Below are positions 1-15,059 of a stretch of 64,000 bases of DNA, piece after piece. The notes beneath the pieces are model-generated. The model was not told the origin of the DNA. It worked only from the letters and a program-made list of their open reading frames with translations, and ran no database searches. Origin of the DNA: Narcine bancroftii (taxonomy: Eukaryota). How positions within the stretch are numbered: position 1 is the first letter of the stretch; every line of letters begins with the position of its first letter. The translations under genes were made by a program, and so were the position numbers. Where the stretch lies: NCBI RefSeq assembly GCF_036971445.1, contig NC_091474.1, positions 169,694,001-169,758,000 of the forward strand. The letters run 5' to 3'.

Positions 1-575
1 CACTGAATATAAAGAGAGGTTGATAAGTTATGTTGCATATTTATAAAACTTTAGTTGGGCCACATTTGGACTACTGTGTGCACTTCCAGTTGCCACACTA
101 TGGGAATGACGTAGCGACTTAGGAGAGGGTAGAGAAAATGTTCATTCGGATATTGCTTGGATTGGAGGTGTATTAGTTATAAGAAGTTGGACAAATTTGG
201 ATTGTTTTCACTGGAGCATCAAAGGCTGAGGGTGACTTGATAGGTTTATAAAATTATGAGCGACATAGATAGGGAAGACAGGATTGGTTTTCCCCCAGGG
301 TGGTAATATCAAATATTAGAGGGGAAAGGTTTAAGATGAGAGGGATAAAGGTTTAAAGGAAATTTGCAAGGAAATGCTTTTCTCCTTACACAGAAAGTAA
401 TAGATGCCAGGGAGGTGGAAGAAGCAGATATGACAGCAATGTTCAGATGGCATTCAGACAGACACAAGAACAGGCAGAGAATAGAAGAATACAGACACTG
501 TGTAGAAGGATGAGATTAGTTGGACTGGCATCATGGTTGGCACAGAGTTGATGGGCTGAAAGGCCTGTGTTGTTC
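1..575 (+). mobile_element. CR1 LINE 3' end, decayed
   Basis: Remnants of LYKTLVRPHLEYC.QFW and LFSLE..RLRGDL motifs and a CR1-type 3' end (gatgggctgaaaggcctg); similar to 13800-14370. Confidence 0.8.
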
Positions 576-3500
576 TTTGATTTATTTATTTTCTAAAAAT
601 TTAGACTAATGAAATGAGTGGCTCTATAATAGATAACACTAAGGCAGTGAAGTGTTTAAATATACATATTAGAAGGAAGAATTATGAGAGGCCACATGAA
701 GTAAATATTACAATTTTATATGGTTCAGAAAATGGTATATCTAAAGTCTGAAGGTGGCAGACTATTTAAGAAAAACAGATATGATACAGATAAAATAGGA
801 ATGATTAAAATCACTCTCTCTTGATAAAGTAAATGAGGAAAATTGATTTCCAGTAGCAAGGAGTCTCAATAACCAGAGGACAAAAATTTAAGGTGATACA
901 CAAATTACACCCAGTAATATGAGCAAAAATAATAATGCAGCAAGCTTTTATGACTTGAACCACGCTGGCTAAAAGAGTGTTGGAAGCAAGTCCAATATTA
1001 TCTTCAAATCGTCAAATAAAAATATGAAGATGAAGAATCCACTGGGTTTTGGAGATGAGCATCATGGTAGATCTCATTGATTGCTCTAGTCTTGGCAAAG
1101 CATAATGAGCTGAATGACTTAACTCAGTTTTTTTATATTCTGAGATTAAATTTAAAACTGAAAAAATAGAACATCATTTAAATCAGAAAAGGTAAATTAT
1201 GCAAAGAAATTCCTAATAATATTATAAAGATGTAATTTTGATAATAAATTTACATACCATCATAATATTGTTACAATGAATGTTATATGTTACCATAAAA
1301 ACAAAAAATATAAATTCCATATGTATGCTATCTACAATTTTTAGCACTAGTTCTAATAATTGATATTTTCATTTTATTCCCAGATCTTCAAAAGTATCAG
1401 TTCAGTTAAGCATGTCATCTTACGAGAAATAATAGATTTATTTTTTAAAAATCAATTTATTCAAATATTCATGACATAAAACTCAGATATAATCCCATGA
1501 CACTTAAAAGACTTTATTTAAGAACAGTGGAGGGAGCTCTGCCCATGAGAAGGGAAATTCCTGGCTTAGATGCTTGCTGGCAGAGTACAAAAGGAAAGGC
1601 AGGATGCACCATTAAGCTTTCATTCTATTCCAAATAACCTGGAACCCATAAACTAGTCATTACATGAAAGTGTGTGCATATACTTATGTACATATGCATA
1701 TGTCTATGTAAAAAAAAATCTCCACATAAATAGCTCACTGAGAACTTTTTCTCCAACAGGGAAAGTGCACAGAACTAACTGCCACATCAGTTTTGAGGAA
1801 GAAAATTAATGTCTTGTTTTGGTTTGCTCAGCACTGTTTATCTTTGATCTTGCAAATCCAGCAATGAGAGGAAGTTCTATTGAGTACTGCAATGCAAATG
1901 AACTTGTTTTTAAAGCATTAAGAGATGACTAATCTTTCCTGTGGCAGTTAAGGGGCAACATACACACAAGTGAAATGATACACTACTGAATTAGAAAAGG
2001 GTTGGGAGTCCAAAATCTGTCTCGGTAAGTTTATAATATGCGGATGTTACAGGGGAAGTAATAGAGGCATATCGCAACAAAAAATTTCCTTCCTGGTTGA
2101 AAAAGAAAGTACTTGGTTCAGGCTATAGCAGCTCCAACACTCAAAGACTCTGAAGGTTTCAGTATTAACACATCTAATTTTCTAGAATTAACTGTTTAGT
2201 TTTGGAGAATGTAAAAAATAATAAGCAGATGTGAAATAAAATAAATAGAGGTTCCAAATGTATTAACATATTTGATGTCCATTATCTATCCTCCTTTATT
2301 TTCAACCATGTAAAACCGAGACTAGTGATATTATGGTCTTTTATGATCTTTATTTTTCTAAATTCATTTCACATCCCACGTCCCCTGTTTTGTGCGATAT
2401 TGAAGTATTGCATTTGCTTGAAGGGCCCGCCATTTTAAAATGATTCTAAAATTTGGAAGATTCTGAACAATGGCAGGTATCTAGTCCCAATGATCCTGGA
2501 TAAAAGGGTAGGCACCTGTATTTAAATAAATGGAAGGGAAACTAGTCTTTCTCTGTAATTGACTATATTGATACAAGTAAAAACACTGAAATGCTGGAGG
2601 AACTTAGCCGTTTTTTTCAGCATCTAAAAGAGAAAAAGCTATATTGCTGACATTTTTGGGCATGAGTCCTTCTTCAAGGAATGAGCATATGCAAGGGTGG
2701 GTGGTTATTGATTCAATCTACCTCATTCAGCAGTTAGCTAAACATTGAGCAAAAGTTCTTTTTCCTGAATATGTACATTTAAGATTGTCAAGAAAAACAA
2801 TATTCCATTTACTCAACTTTAGACATGAACACTGAATATCCCAAAGGAGAGCAAATCCAGCTATATTAGCTGCTTTATTAGCAAGTCAGGAAGTACAAAT
2901 CCTTTCACTCCCTTTTTAATATTGTCCAAAAGGCCCAGTCACGTCAAAGAAAGTTATTCATAACAGGAAGCTGGGAACTTTTTCCAGATTCGGCAACAAG
3001 GAAGGAAGAAAATTGTTAGCCTCAGCTGTCCTCTATTTTTTCAAATCTTGTTTTGAGCCAACAAAGCAGGAAAGGGGGTGGGAAAGAATAAATGAAAAGG
3101 AACAATGTTTATCTTTGAACTGATTTGTGATGTTCTCTGTAAGTTGCAAAAGCAAAGTTTTCACAATCTTAGAAAAATACATGATGTGTTCAGTTGTGGA
3201 TGATAATCCAAAACATGATCTCTACCTGGCTAAATGCAGCTCACAAGTGTAGTAAATATAAATTAACAGGTTTTTGGGTAAACGTAGTCCCTGTTGTGAA
3301 TGTATCTTTTAAACTCTGAACATCATTGTTCAGAATAAGATATATAGTCTTAGACAAGCCGGTTATTTGAAGATCAAAGATTTTAAATGTTGGAAATGTG
3401 AAACCACATGCATATCATCAAAAAAGCTACAATCTCTGGAAAATTATTCATTTACATACGCACTCTGGTATTTCACCATGTTGTTCTCAGGAAGTTCCAG

Positions 3501-6500
3501 TTCACCAGAGAACTCCCACTTAATCATTTTGTCTGAAATATGGTTTGAGAAATAGATCTCAAAGCCCATTCTGTTAAGATTTGTCAACCAGTGGTACATG
3601 TGTTCTCAAGTTATCAACCCAGTTTACGAATAGATATCAATGTCACTTTGATGGAAAATGAAAACAACATGAATAGAAAATTTGTTATGCTAGTGTGTTA
3701 GAGGGATTTTAAAAATGCTTTGCAGATTTGATTTTCACGTTTTGTTTTGATAGCTGTTGACCTACGAGTCGGTGCATTACAATTGTTGATATTGATGGTG
3801 CCCTGTGGATGAGAGTTAAAAATTGAACCAAATTTTGTTATATTATTCTTCACTATTGAGCATAATTTTTGATAAGGCTCTATGCATGGACATCAGACAT
3901 AATGAGTGGTAAGATTACATTTTGATTGCTGAGTGTAATCAGGTCTCTGCATGATGGGAGGAATGTTGATTCAATTAAAAAAAAAGCACAGATTCACTAG
4001 GACACTGCCTGGTATGAGGAACTATAAATACAAAAGTTTAAGAATAAATGAGATTTAGTTGAAATGTTTAGAATTATGATGGGATGGAATAATAGCCTCA
4101 TTAGATCATGCAATATTATTAAGCATGTGTTTATTGAGGGAGATGTTGAAAGTAAGCTTTTTAAAAAATAATACTCCAAAAATAAGCTCTAAAATAATAC
4201 TTACAGGGTTGAAAAGAACATTAATGCAGCTCTCCCTTACATTGATTGCTTCTATAACTTACTCTTTTATGGCTGAGCTAAGCAGAGGAACACTTGAATT
4301 TTCAGCCATAACCATAAGCAAGATGGAGTTTAAAACCTGTCTATCTACTGTTCAATGAAAGCAGTAAAATTCAAAATCGGGTGAAAATTTACAGTTAAAA
4401 ACTATACAACAATAAATCATTATGGAAATTTAGGTCATAGTCTGTTCTTTCTCAAGTGTGTGAAAAAAAGGGGCTGCCTTTTAGATGAGGTACTACTGTG
4501 TCATCTTATGCTAATTCATATGGATGGTAGAGACCCACAGCACTACTGGATGATGCATAGAAAATTCTCCCAGCATCTTGGGAAAAAAAATTAAATCAAC
4601 TTCACCAAAGGCACAATAGACCCATTGGTCATATATTTCATTTGCTGTCTCTGCTGTCTTGATGTGGGGCACAAATTTCTGCCATATGATACGTACATAA
4701 TAGTTGTGACTGCACTTAAAAGTGATTTGTTGAGGTTGCGTTGACTCTACAAATGTAATTTATACTCTCCAGTGCTGCACAGCATCAGGGCAGAGTGCCA
4801 CATTGAGAGGTAAAACACATGCTGCAAAGGGATTTCAACTAATGAGAAAAAGAAATCTTGCTATTCAACTGAGGGAGCTCCACTCATTTCATAAAACCAG
4901 AACTTGGTTTTATTTTGGAATAACTTGCATCAGAAAAATTAAACATAAATATTTGAAGTTATATATAAATCGTCTTACTTGTAACATGCTGGTCAGTGCA
5001 AATGTCTGTTTCCCTTTTTTGAATAGTTAACATCTATGTTGTTGTGAGCCAAGGAAATTTAGCCCAAAGTGTAATGTTTATGCAGTTTGTGATTGAATTT
5101 TAACAAAATAGCAATACATACTTATGATAATGTGCAGGTGATTTAGATTGTAATTTTTGGTCAACAATTTCCAATCAGGTAGCCAGGTAGGTATATACAA
5201 TGCTGCAAACAGTACTTGATGCCCTCTTAAAATTCATTGTGCACGCATGGCCTCTGAATGGCATGGACCACTTCAGCATAACAGAAAGGCGAGTTGGTTT
5301 ATATGGGGCTATGCTGGATGTTGTAGGCACATTTCCTTTAAAATTTTAAATTACACCAGTAAGTGTCTGTTCCTTCTTTCTCCTTTGAGCCTCAACTGCA
5401 ACTAAATCTCAACCTGTTCATGGAAGGCCTCAAGCCCAAGCATTAGATATATATTTTTACCTCCTATGGATCCTGTGAGACCTGCCGAGTTCCTCCAGAA
5501 CTCCTGTGATTTTCCTAACAGCTGAAGACCACCCCCATCTCTCACACTTTGACCTCCTGATCCTGAAGTACTCATTCACCCCACAGCTGACGTTTTGACG
5601 TCGGGCCGTAAGCAAAACAGAATATTGCACCAAGGTTTTCATACAAAACTTATATTGGCCCAAATAGGCTAAAAGACCTTCTGAGTCATTGAACAATTTC
5701 TCAGCTAGGAATTTCCTTCTGATGCTTCAGGAGGAATTGGAACAGCCAATCAAATGCAAAGAGGAACAGCTATTAATACGAGCTAAGGAAGCTGTATGAC
5801 ATGACTGGTTTTCCCAGGAGATAGAGTAAACCTTTAATTAATGCTCGGGCAGAGTACAAACTGGAAAAAGGGACTGAATACTGTGCACAATGTTCCAAAC
5901 AGTTTTAGTGTCACTCATCTTCTGTATAGTAGTAAAGACTTTGTTGTATCCCACCCATGAGATCTTAATAGTAAACTACCTTTGTCAAAAATTATCCCAA
6001 CAGATCTACCAATGTTACAGGGAAATGAAAAAAATAATGTTTCAAGTTAAGATCTTCTGTTAGAACAGGCTGGTTATGATGAAGGTTCTCTAACTTAAAG
6101 ATTAACTGTTCTTTCTTCTTTTTGTATAATTTCTGCAATTTATGTCTTTATTTCAGGTTTTCAAAATTCACTTTTTAAAAAAAGTTTGGCTCCTAAATCT
6201 TGTTCCATTCTTCATTATTTTCTCTGTTTCCAGTTTCAATGGAAGATGTTAACCTTAATATAGACATACTCCTCAAAAAAATGGATGGCAAGGGCCTGGG
6301 CTTGATAATTGATAGCCAGATTCATTTAAAAGGTAGCTTTGTTCCTTCAGTAAGCATTTTAATTAACTATTAATTTCCAAATCAGAACCTTTAGAAAAGA
6401 TTTTGACTGCATAGTCCTTATGCAGTAAATCATCAAGCAAGTATGTTTGGTATAACAATTGCATAAATCTATATCATCTGTCATATATCAAATTTTAAAT

Positions 6501-6509
6501 TTAAATTTA

Positions 6510-6738
6510 GATATACAGCATGGTACCAGGCCATTTCGGCCCACGAGCCCGTGCTGCCCTATTATACCCAATTAACCTACAACCCCTGGTACGTTTTGAA
6601 TGGTGGGAGAAAACTGGAGCCCTGGGGAAAATCCACACAGACAAGGGGAGAATGTACCAACTCCTTACAGCGTGGGATTTGAACCGATCACTGGTACTGT
6701 AACAGCGTTGCGCTAATCGTTATGCCAACCTTGCTGCT
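6510..6738 (-). mobile_element. tRNA-derived V-SINE-like element
   Basis: Minus strand shows a tRNA-like head (A box, ggttcaaatccc B box) then a V-domain-like core (ttctcccc...tggattttcccc...ctccagttttctcccacc); related copies near 45005 and 61838. Confidence 0.75.
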
Positions 6739-8284
6739 GGATGCTTCAGAATACACTTCTTCCAAGATGTCCAATAAACTGATTGCACTTATTGGCTGAG
6801 TATATTCCTCAAAATAATTGGTGTATTGGAGTTTTGTTATTACAGAATAAATTTGAAAGCATTTTGCTCATTCACATCAATCTATTTGAGCAAAGAAAAC
6901 TAGAAGCTACTGTCTGAGTTAGCTTACTCCACCATAGGACATGTTTCATATAGTTGAGATAGACCGGGCAATATGGCCTGAATTTAGCACATTTCCCCAT
7001 CTGTAGTGCAGACGGATTAAAAAAAAGCCATGTACACTTAGGTGCCAATATATTCAAGTACACTGAGAGTTGTTGCAGTAGGACACTACAATTTCAGATG
7101 AAGAATCTCTGCTGTTTGCAGCACTGAAAAGGGGTTGCACATTGGAGGTTAAAATGGGCCATCAGGACTGGGAGTTTAGGGTGAGAGAGGGCCATGTGGT
7201 CAGAGAATAATTTTGCAAGGAAAACCCAGGATTGTATCACATTTCCCTGATTTCCATGTTTCTCCTCATTATGACAATAATCCTCTGAATTGAACATGTG
7301 TGAGGGTAAGGAAAAAGAGAAAATTGCTGAAGTATATAGAGAGAATGATGGAGTTATATTTTTATTGTGACCGAATATCTTTAACCTATCTGGGCAAAGA
7401 GAACAAGCCTGTGATCAATGAAGGGGAACCGTAGATTTGTTTTATTTAGCGTAGAGACAAAGATAATAGGATCGTATTAGCTTAATACTGCAAAGTTTAT
7501 GTTCAATGATTTTAACCCTGGAAAGTCTGTTTATTCCTCTTAATCTGAAAACCAGTTGCCAATTTGGCAAGTTTTATCAAGCTGTACAATGCCTGAGAAT
7601 TAACGGTTGGTGCAATTTGTCCTAAGGCTAGATGGAAGCCTGCACTTCAAAGGGGTTGTAGGAAGAAATGCAAAGGCTCCCAGAATCGGGAGAAGTTACT
7701 GATTGTTTCCTAATTTTCCCTTGTTACCGTGGTGCTGCTCCAATAAGAATGAAGCAGAATTCAAGCTGGCAAGTTTTAAATTGGTGCGCCTTGCCATTAG
7801 TTCGCCAATCATGCAACACTCAATCTCAAGTAAAATCTACTATACTTCAATCTCCATAGGTGCTGGATAACAGTGGTTTTACTATATTCTGTATGTATCA
7901 GCTCCAAGCTAGAAAATACATCAATATAGATGCACACAGTTTGTTGCTGCAACAAAATGAAGTTTTAGTTATAAATCTTAGCAAACGTGGTCATGGGCAT
8001 CACCGACATAAAACAATAAACCCAGAAAAAAGCTACTTTTGCCACAATCTTAGACTTGCACATTGGAATTGTTTTCCATGGATTACACATTAAACATCTG
8101 GGCTCATGCTACAGATACTGAACTGTAAACAGCTCCAAACTTATGGATAAGGCTTTTCTTGCTAAGTGTTCACCAATTATTCTTAAATCAATGCCTACAG
8201 AGAGTCTGCCATCATTGCAAAAAATATAAATCCAGAATAACGTATGAAAAAAGGTCAGTTTTTGAAAATACAGGGAGTATATAT

Positions 8285-8470
8285 AAATATAATTGGAGCG
8301 CCGATGATTTATTCAAATCCTTGCTGACTCAAATAAAATTGAATTTACTATCATCATTTTGTAAAATATTTAATGTAGGGTGAAGTCAGACACTTGCTGA
8401 TTGACAAATACAGTTTGCAAAGCTCATTTGTAGTTTATGGTTAATTTGCTTTCGGAGCTATAAAATATGA
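8285..8470. promoter_or_regulatory. Candidate enhancer (homeodomain/TALE motif cluster)
   Basis: TAATTG 8290, TGATTTAT 8305, TGACTCA 8325, TGATTGACA 8398 and TTTATGG 8434 in non-repetitive sequence. Confidence 0.35.
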
Positions 8471-9636
8471 AAGTAAAAGCAGCAAATGCGATTTACATCC
8501 AAGTACGTTGAGAATCTGAGCATTGAGCAAAAGCTGCAAAATGAAACTGCATATTTTGTCCTCCAGTGTAACATAGACTCAATGCTCATTCTGGTAATAA
8601 TTTATGAATTTATAATTTAAAAATTTAAACTGCCTCAAAATTATTGGAACGATTACATGGACCTGAAGTAAATATTTCCAGATGGATATGGACAATAAAT
8701 TCTTCATATTAAAAAATGCCAGTTTTCATTAATCTGGAAGACAATTTTTTTTTCTTTCATCTAACTTCCCACTGTTTCTTGAATATACTATTCAATTTCT
8801 TTTCCATGATACAGAAAGATTTTAAGCAATAATGAATATAAAAATCAATGTATTGAGAAATGTAGACTAGCAGGATTTATGGAGGGGAAGCTCCATATAC
8901 ATTAATTTCAAACAATGATGGATATATGTGTACATTTTTAAGATGAAGTTCACATGGCAGGAAGAACACCTATTTGTGTTCTCACAGGTTACTAAGTCAC
9001 ATTGACTTTCATTTTGTCACAAATCATGTAATTCTTGAAGATCTTGCTTACATTATTGCACAATTTTAATTCGAACAACTCTAAATAATGGAATCTTGAT
9101 CTACCTCAATGCATTTTTGAAGGGTTATTTAAATGTATTGAGCTGAATTGTCAATAAAATATTTTTACTGTAAGTTTAAAGGTAATACAAGGACACTGAA
9201 TATTTCAGATGATTGAATGGTGGATTCTAAACTTCCATTTCATACTAAGTTGTGAGCTTCCTTGCTTTTATCACACAATAGTTCTTATAGTAAATACATC
9301 TACAGTATCAAGTTAATGATGTACAATAGACTTCAAAGAATCCCTCACACTAACAGCCTGAAAGTCTAAACATTTCTTCACCCTGGAACACTTCAAAGTG
9401 CATCAGCACAGAAAAATCGATAAATAAAAATCAAATACTGCAGAGGCAGGGAAATTTGAACTAAAACAGAAAATTCCAGGAATACTCAACAGGCCAGGCA
9501 GAATCTGTGGCAGCAGATAAAGGGTTAGTGTTTTAGTCTAGAGACTTTTGGATAACTGTAAAATGCAGGTATGCGAATGGTATATACAGTTTGCAGAGAT
9601 TTATTCAAAAGTTATTAGGGATGACAAATTTTAATA

Positions 9637-9947
9637 CAGGTTGTATCTCTCTGATCCAGCAACTCCCGTAGTCTGGCACGTTTTGAATCTGCCACCATTA
9701 ATTTATGGATTTGCGACCAGGTTGGTGCTATTAACAACACTAATGCATCAAAATCTGTTTACACTGCAGCCGAGTATCTTGGTGATAAGTCCTGTTCATT
9801 TCTTATATTCATCTGTATTTTAATCCCTTCAGGTTGTCATCATGATACATAAGGGTTCTCTTAGGGGTCAATTTCTGTTTTCTGGCATTTTCTGTGGTCC
9901 AGCAATGGCCAGGTCCCAATGTCGCCAGATTAAAGAGGTACAACCTC
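9637..9947. mobile_element. Tc1/mariner-type MITE
   Basis: TA|caggttgtatctctctgatccagcaac ... gtcgccagattaaagaggtacaacctc|TA: imperfect ~27-bp TIRs with TA flanks. Confidence 0.7.
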
Positions 9948-10129
9948 TATTATGAGATATTTTGGGAGTTACTGGTTCTTTTCTTACATAAGCAAATGTT
10001 AAGGGGAGATTTACTAACAGAATAAGCATTTTCGAAAGTGTAAATAAGGAAAAACAATTTCCATAAGAAGCTGAAGAGGGAGCGCCCAGTGGTGAAAGTC
10101 AGTCATTCAACCTTGGTCCAAGAATACAG

Positions 10130-12065
10130 ATGATATCCTATGTGACTAGTCCATATTCAAGGATTCAGCAAACAGCCTTGATGAATACACCACTATGTCC
10201 AACACTTTCATCAGTAAGTGTGTCGTAGAAGTAAGTATGAGTGACGATGAAGACAATAAAGATATTCCCCAATCAGAACTATGGATGAACTAGGAAGTTA
10301 CTGAACACCAGGTTGTGGGATTCAAGTCAGGAGATCTGGCCCTCTACAAGAAATCCAAGTACAAGCACGGAAAGTCCCTCAGAAAAGCCAGGATATGATA
10401 CTGCATCAAGCTCTAGTCACAAGAGGACATCACAGATGTAGCAGCTATGACAGGGAATGCATACAATCATGAAGTATATAGTAAAGTCCAGGAGTACCGA
10501 ATGCAAAAGTGCAACACTCCCTGATGAGTTAAACATGTTCTATGCTCACTTTGGCACTAATATCAAACATCACTCATGGCCACTGCTACTGGAATCAGGG
10601 CGGCCTTCTGGTGGGTGAACCTAAGGAAAGTGACAGGCTCAGATGGAGTCCCAAGACATGTCTTGATAGTCTGTACAAATCAACTGATGGACATATTTAC
10701 AGTATTCCCCATTTGCTTCAAGAAGTCCACCATCATACCAGTACTGAAGAAATGCAGAATAACAAGCCTAAATGACTACTGTCAGGTGGCTTTGACATCA
10801 TGAAGTGCTTTGAGATGCCAATCATAGCTTACATCAGTTTCACACCATCAGCCAGCCTTGACCCACCTCTATTTGTCAATCAGCCAAATAGCTCCACAGC
10901 AGATGTCATCTCCCTAACTCTCCACTCGGCCGTGGAACACTGGTACACCAAGGAAATGCTTGTTAGATTTCACAGATTACAACATCATTGTCTCAAGCAA
11001 ACTCATTCCCAAACCTCTGGATTCAGGCCTCAGTGCTCCTCTCTGCATCTGTATCATTGACTTCCTGTCTAGATGGCCTCATCTCCTCCACGATCACACT
11101 CAACACCAGTGCTCCTCAGGGAAATGAACTCAGACCTCTACTATGCTATCTCTACAACCACAACCTTACAGCCAAATACTGTTTCAAATCCTTCTTCAAA
11201 TTTGCTATGACGCCTAGTAATGGACCAGGAATCAAATAATGATGAGTTGGAATAAAATGGAATAAAGAAAGGAGATTGAAAGACAAGTGGCATGGCACTG
11301 AGATAACAACCTCTCTCTCAAAGCAAGACAAAGGTGTTGAAAAAAGATCAGAAAAGGGAGCAAAGTCTATAATCCTGTCCAATCAATGGTGCTGAAATGG
11401 AAAGAGGAGATGGCTTCAAGTTCTTAGGAATATATATCTCCAATGACCTGACCTGGGACAAGTGTATCAACATGATTATCAAGAAAGTGCACCAATGCCT
11501 TTGCTTTGTTGGAAGACTAAGGAAGTGCAGCATGTCCCCCCTTGTCCTCCAATATCTCTATATATGAACCATTAAAAACATACTGACTGGATGATTCATG
11601 ATGTGGTATGGGAGCTGCACTGCTGAAGATTGGAAGCTGCTGCAGAAGGTTGTGAATGCAGCCTAGAATGTAACAAAATTTCCTTCCCTTCCATGGACTC
11701 CATCTACACCACTTGCTGCCTCGGAGAGGCAGCCAACACACTAGATGACCCATTGCAACTCAGACTTATTCTCTTTGCTCTCCTCCCATCAGAAAGAAGG
11801 ATTGAGAGTATGAAAATATGCACCAACTGGCTTAGAGACAGTTTATTCCTGCAGCTATCAGGCTCCTGAATGAACCCCAAAACAGTGCTCTCCTGCAGCC
11901 CTTGTTTGGTGCTAAATGTTCTTCCTTCTCTGTGTTATCCCATACTCTATAAATTGTGATTTTTTTACATGGCTGGATGTAATGCGAGAGATAACCTGTT
12001 GGTCTGTTCATCAAAGAAACCTTCGCACTATGCGAGGTAATCTGTGACATATAAACTTAAACTGA
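10130..12065 (+). mobile_element. Rex1/Babar-like LINE, decayed ORF2
   Basis: [33 protein letters not shown] and APQGNELRPLL are degenerate RT motifs of this family; many frameshifts. Confidence 0.75.
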
Positions 12066-12562
12066 AGTGACAATAATTAGAATACACAGAGATACAACAA
12101 TTTCAAAAATGTGAAAGGTGATAAGAAAGAATATTCTTACGCAGCAAGTCTTGATTAGAGACATATTTTAAATTGTTAAATCAATAGAGCTTTAAAGAAT
12201 GAGTGGGAGTGTGGAGCTATTTCAACAACTGACAAAATACGTAGAATTTTCTTCTCGGTTCTATAAATATATTTTCTCCCTTTAAGATCTGGTAGCTCCC
12301 AAATGGTGATGAGATGTAATTAAAATATACTCTGACCAATTTTGCCTCAATTATCTTGGAACCATGTGAATGGCTGATCCTTTCAATTTAGGTTGAGCCT
12401 GTTTGAATCCTAACATGCTGCACATCACAGAAAAAATGCCTGTAGGAACTGATAGTATTCTGATAGTTCTTTCAAAGGGTCCCCAACATGAGATGTTGAT
12501 CTTGTTTCTTCACCCACAGATGTGGTCTGACTTGCTGAGTATTTCCTGCAAAAGCTTCTTCA

Positions 12563-14372
12563 GTTAGGTTAAAAGTAAGAAATTGGTTAGGGCCAAAATT
12601 GGGTCCCTTGAAAATGGAGAAAGGTGAAATTATCAATGGGGACATGGAGATGGCTGAGGAATTTTACAATTACTTTGCATCTGTTTTCACCAAGGAGGAT
12701 ATTGGTTATGATCAGAATAGGGGTAGGGACAGAATAGGTAGTATCTAGGGACTTAGTGAAATTACCGAAGGAAATAGAGAATTTGATGGAGAACCAGATC
12801 CAGAAGTAGGTGGTTGTGAGCAAATTGTTCGAACTGAGGCCTGATAAGTCCCCTGGCCTGGGCTGCATCCCAGGGTGCTGAGAGAGGTTGCTCTGGAAAT
12901 TGTGGAAGCACTAGTTGACATTTTCCAAAGTTCTTTAGATTCTAGGGAAGTGTCTGCAGACTGGAGAGTTGCTGATGTTGTATCACTTTTTAAGAAGGGA
13001 GGGAGAGAGAATACAGGAAATTATAGACTGGCCAGCCTGACGTCGGTGGTGGGGAAGATATTGGAATCCATCATTAAATGAGAACTAGCAGAACACTTAG
13101 GAAGGAATAACAGTATCGGTGCAAGTCAGCGTGGGTTCCTTAAAGGAAAATATTGCTTGACTAATCTCCTGGAATTTTTCGAGGATGTACAAGGAGGGTG
13201 GACCCAGGAGAGCCAGTGGATGTGGTGTACTTGGACTTTCACAAAGCCTTCGATAAAGTCCCACACAGGAGGCTAGTTTGCAAAGTCAAGGAGCATGGTA
13301 TTGGGGGTAGGGTGCTGTCATGGATAGAAAATTGGTTGAGAAATAGGAAACAAAGGGTTGGGATGGCAGGATGTGACGAGTGGGGTCCCACAGGGGTCGG
13401 TGTTGGGTCCTCAGTTGTTTATCATTTATGTAAATGATTTGAATGAGGGGATAAATAACTACATATGCAAATTCACAGATGACACTAAAGTGGGTGGTAG
13501 AATAAAGAGCGAGGAGGATGTCAGGAAATTGCAGGGGGAATTGGACAGGTTAGGGGAGTGGGCGGAGAAATGGCAGATGAAGTTTAATGTGAGTAAATGC
13601 GAGGTTGTCTATTTTGGAGGCAGAAACAAGAGAACTGAGTATTATTTAAATGGTGTTAAGCTGGGGAGTGGGGTAATGCAAAGGGGTCTGGGCGTACTTG
13701 TTCACCAGTCATTGAAAACTAGCATGCAGGTTCAGCAAGTGGTGAAGAAGGAGAACGGTATGTTGGCTTTCATAAAGAGGGGATTTGAATATGGGAGGAA
13801 AGAAGCCCTCTTGCAGTTGTACAGGGCCCTGGTGAGACCTCACCTGGAGTATTGCATGTAGTTTTGGTCCCCATATTTAAGAAAGGACATACTTGCTATA
13901 GAGGGAGTGCAGCGCAGGTTTACAAGGTTAGCTCCCGGGATGGCAGGATTGTCATATGCGGATAGGTTAGAAAGACTTGGACTATACGTGATGGAGTTTA
14001 GAAGGATGAGGGGAGACATGATTGAGGTATTTAGGATTATCAAAGGGCTTGACAGGGTGATATCAGAGCACATGTTCCCAATGATGGGAGAGATTAGGAT
14101 TAAAGGGCACAGTTTAAGAATACAGGGAAGGCCATTTAAGACAGAAATGAGGAAAAATGTTTTTACCTAGAAAGTTGTGGGTCTGTGGAATACATTGCCA
14201 CAGAGGGTAGTGGGGGCAGATTTATTGGATAGATTTAAGAAAGAGTTGGATAAGGCTCTTGTGGGCAGGGAAGTTGAGGGTTATTGAAAGGGAAAGATCA
14301 GCCATGATCCGATAAATGGCGGTACTGGCTCAAAGGGCCAATTTGCCTACTCCAGCACCTATTGTCTATTGT
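12563..14372 (+). mobile_element. CR1 LINE, 5'-truncated, relatively young (RT domain)
   Basis: ORF pieces NYRLASLTSVVGKILE, VDVVYLDFHKAFDKVPH, GVPQGSVLGPQLF, KFTDDTK, LVRPHLEYC; tail ctattgtctattgt. Confidence 0.92.
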
Positions 14373-15059
14373 TTTGGGTTTCTAGCATGGGCATTATTTT
14401 AAAGATATTTTTTCTTTTGTCTGGAATCAGTTTACAATAAATAGCTAGATTTGAGTCAGAAAAAAAGTGTGTACTCAGTTACAAATCCCAGATAGTCAGT
14501 ATTCTAACAAGCTATTGCTTATTTTCCAGAAGGCAGTTCAATCAATCAAGAACATCCACAGAATTCCTATTATAGTCAGAAAAATCATTAATAAAATACT
14601 AGAAACATTTAGCAATTCGGGCAGAATCTTTTGAAAACCTTTGACACAAAAACATATTGACATTTATGAAAGACAGTAGTAGCTTAAGTGAGACCAAATG
14701 GCTATCCTTTCAATTAAAGCAGAACTTTCTGGAGATTACTAAAAGTTAAGGGAAACAACAAAATTCTGCAGTTTTTGTTTTAAACTTCCATGTTCAAAGT
14801 AGTCTTTACTTTAGTCCCTGCAGCTACATAGGAGTGACATCTATCTTTGATCTTTGAAGAGGACTTCAGTGTGGTGAACTATCTCAATAAGTATTTATAT
14901 TAACAAGAACAGTGAAGTTGTTAGGAAGGTAACAAAGTTAATGCTAATTATTAAGTGGACAATAACAAAATTCAGTAAATTCATAAAATACATTATTACA
15001 ACTTAAGGGTTACGGAAATGGAGACAATATATGAGCATTATTTGAGGCAGAAATTAAAG

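Noticed and set aside
2878-2915. Minus-strand ...LYFLTC* resembling the SUPT3H last exon (FLAC*)
   Set aside because: In-frame TGA just upstream, no pyrimidine tract, and no AYRR motif.
9486-9515. Minus-strand CLAC* as the SUPT3H last exon
   Set aside because: It lies within a common Penelope-type terminal repeat and lacks the rest of the motif and an acceptor.
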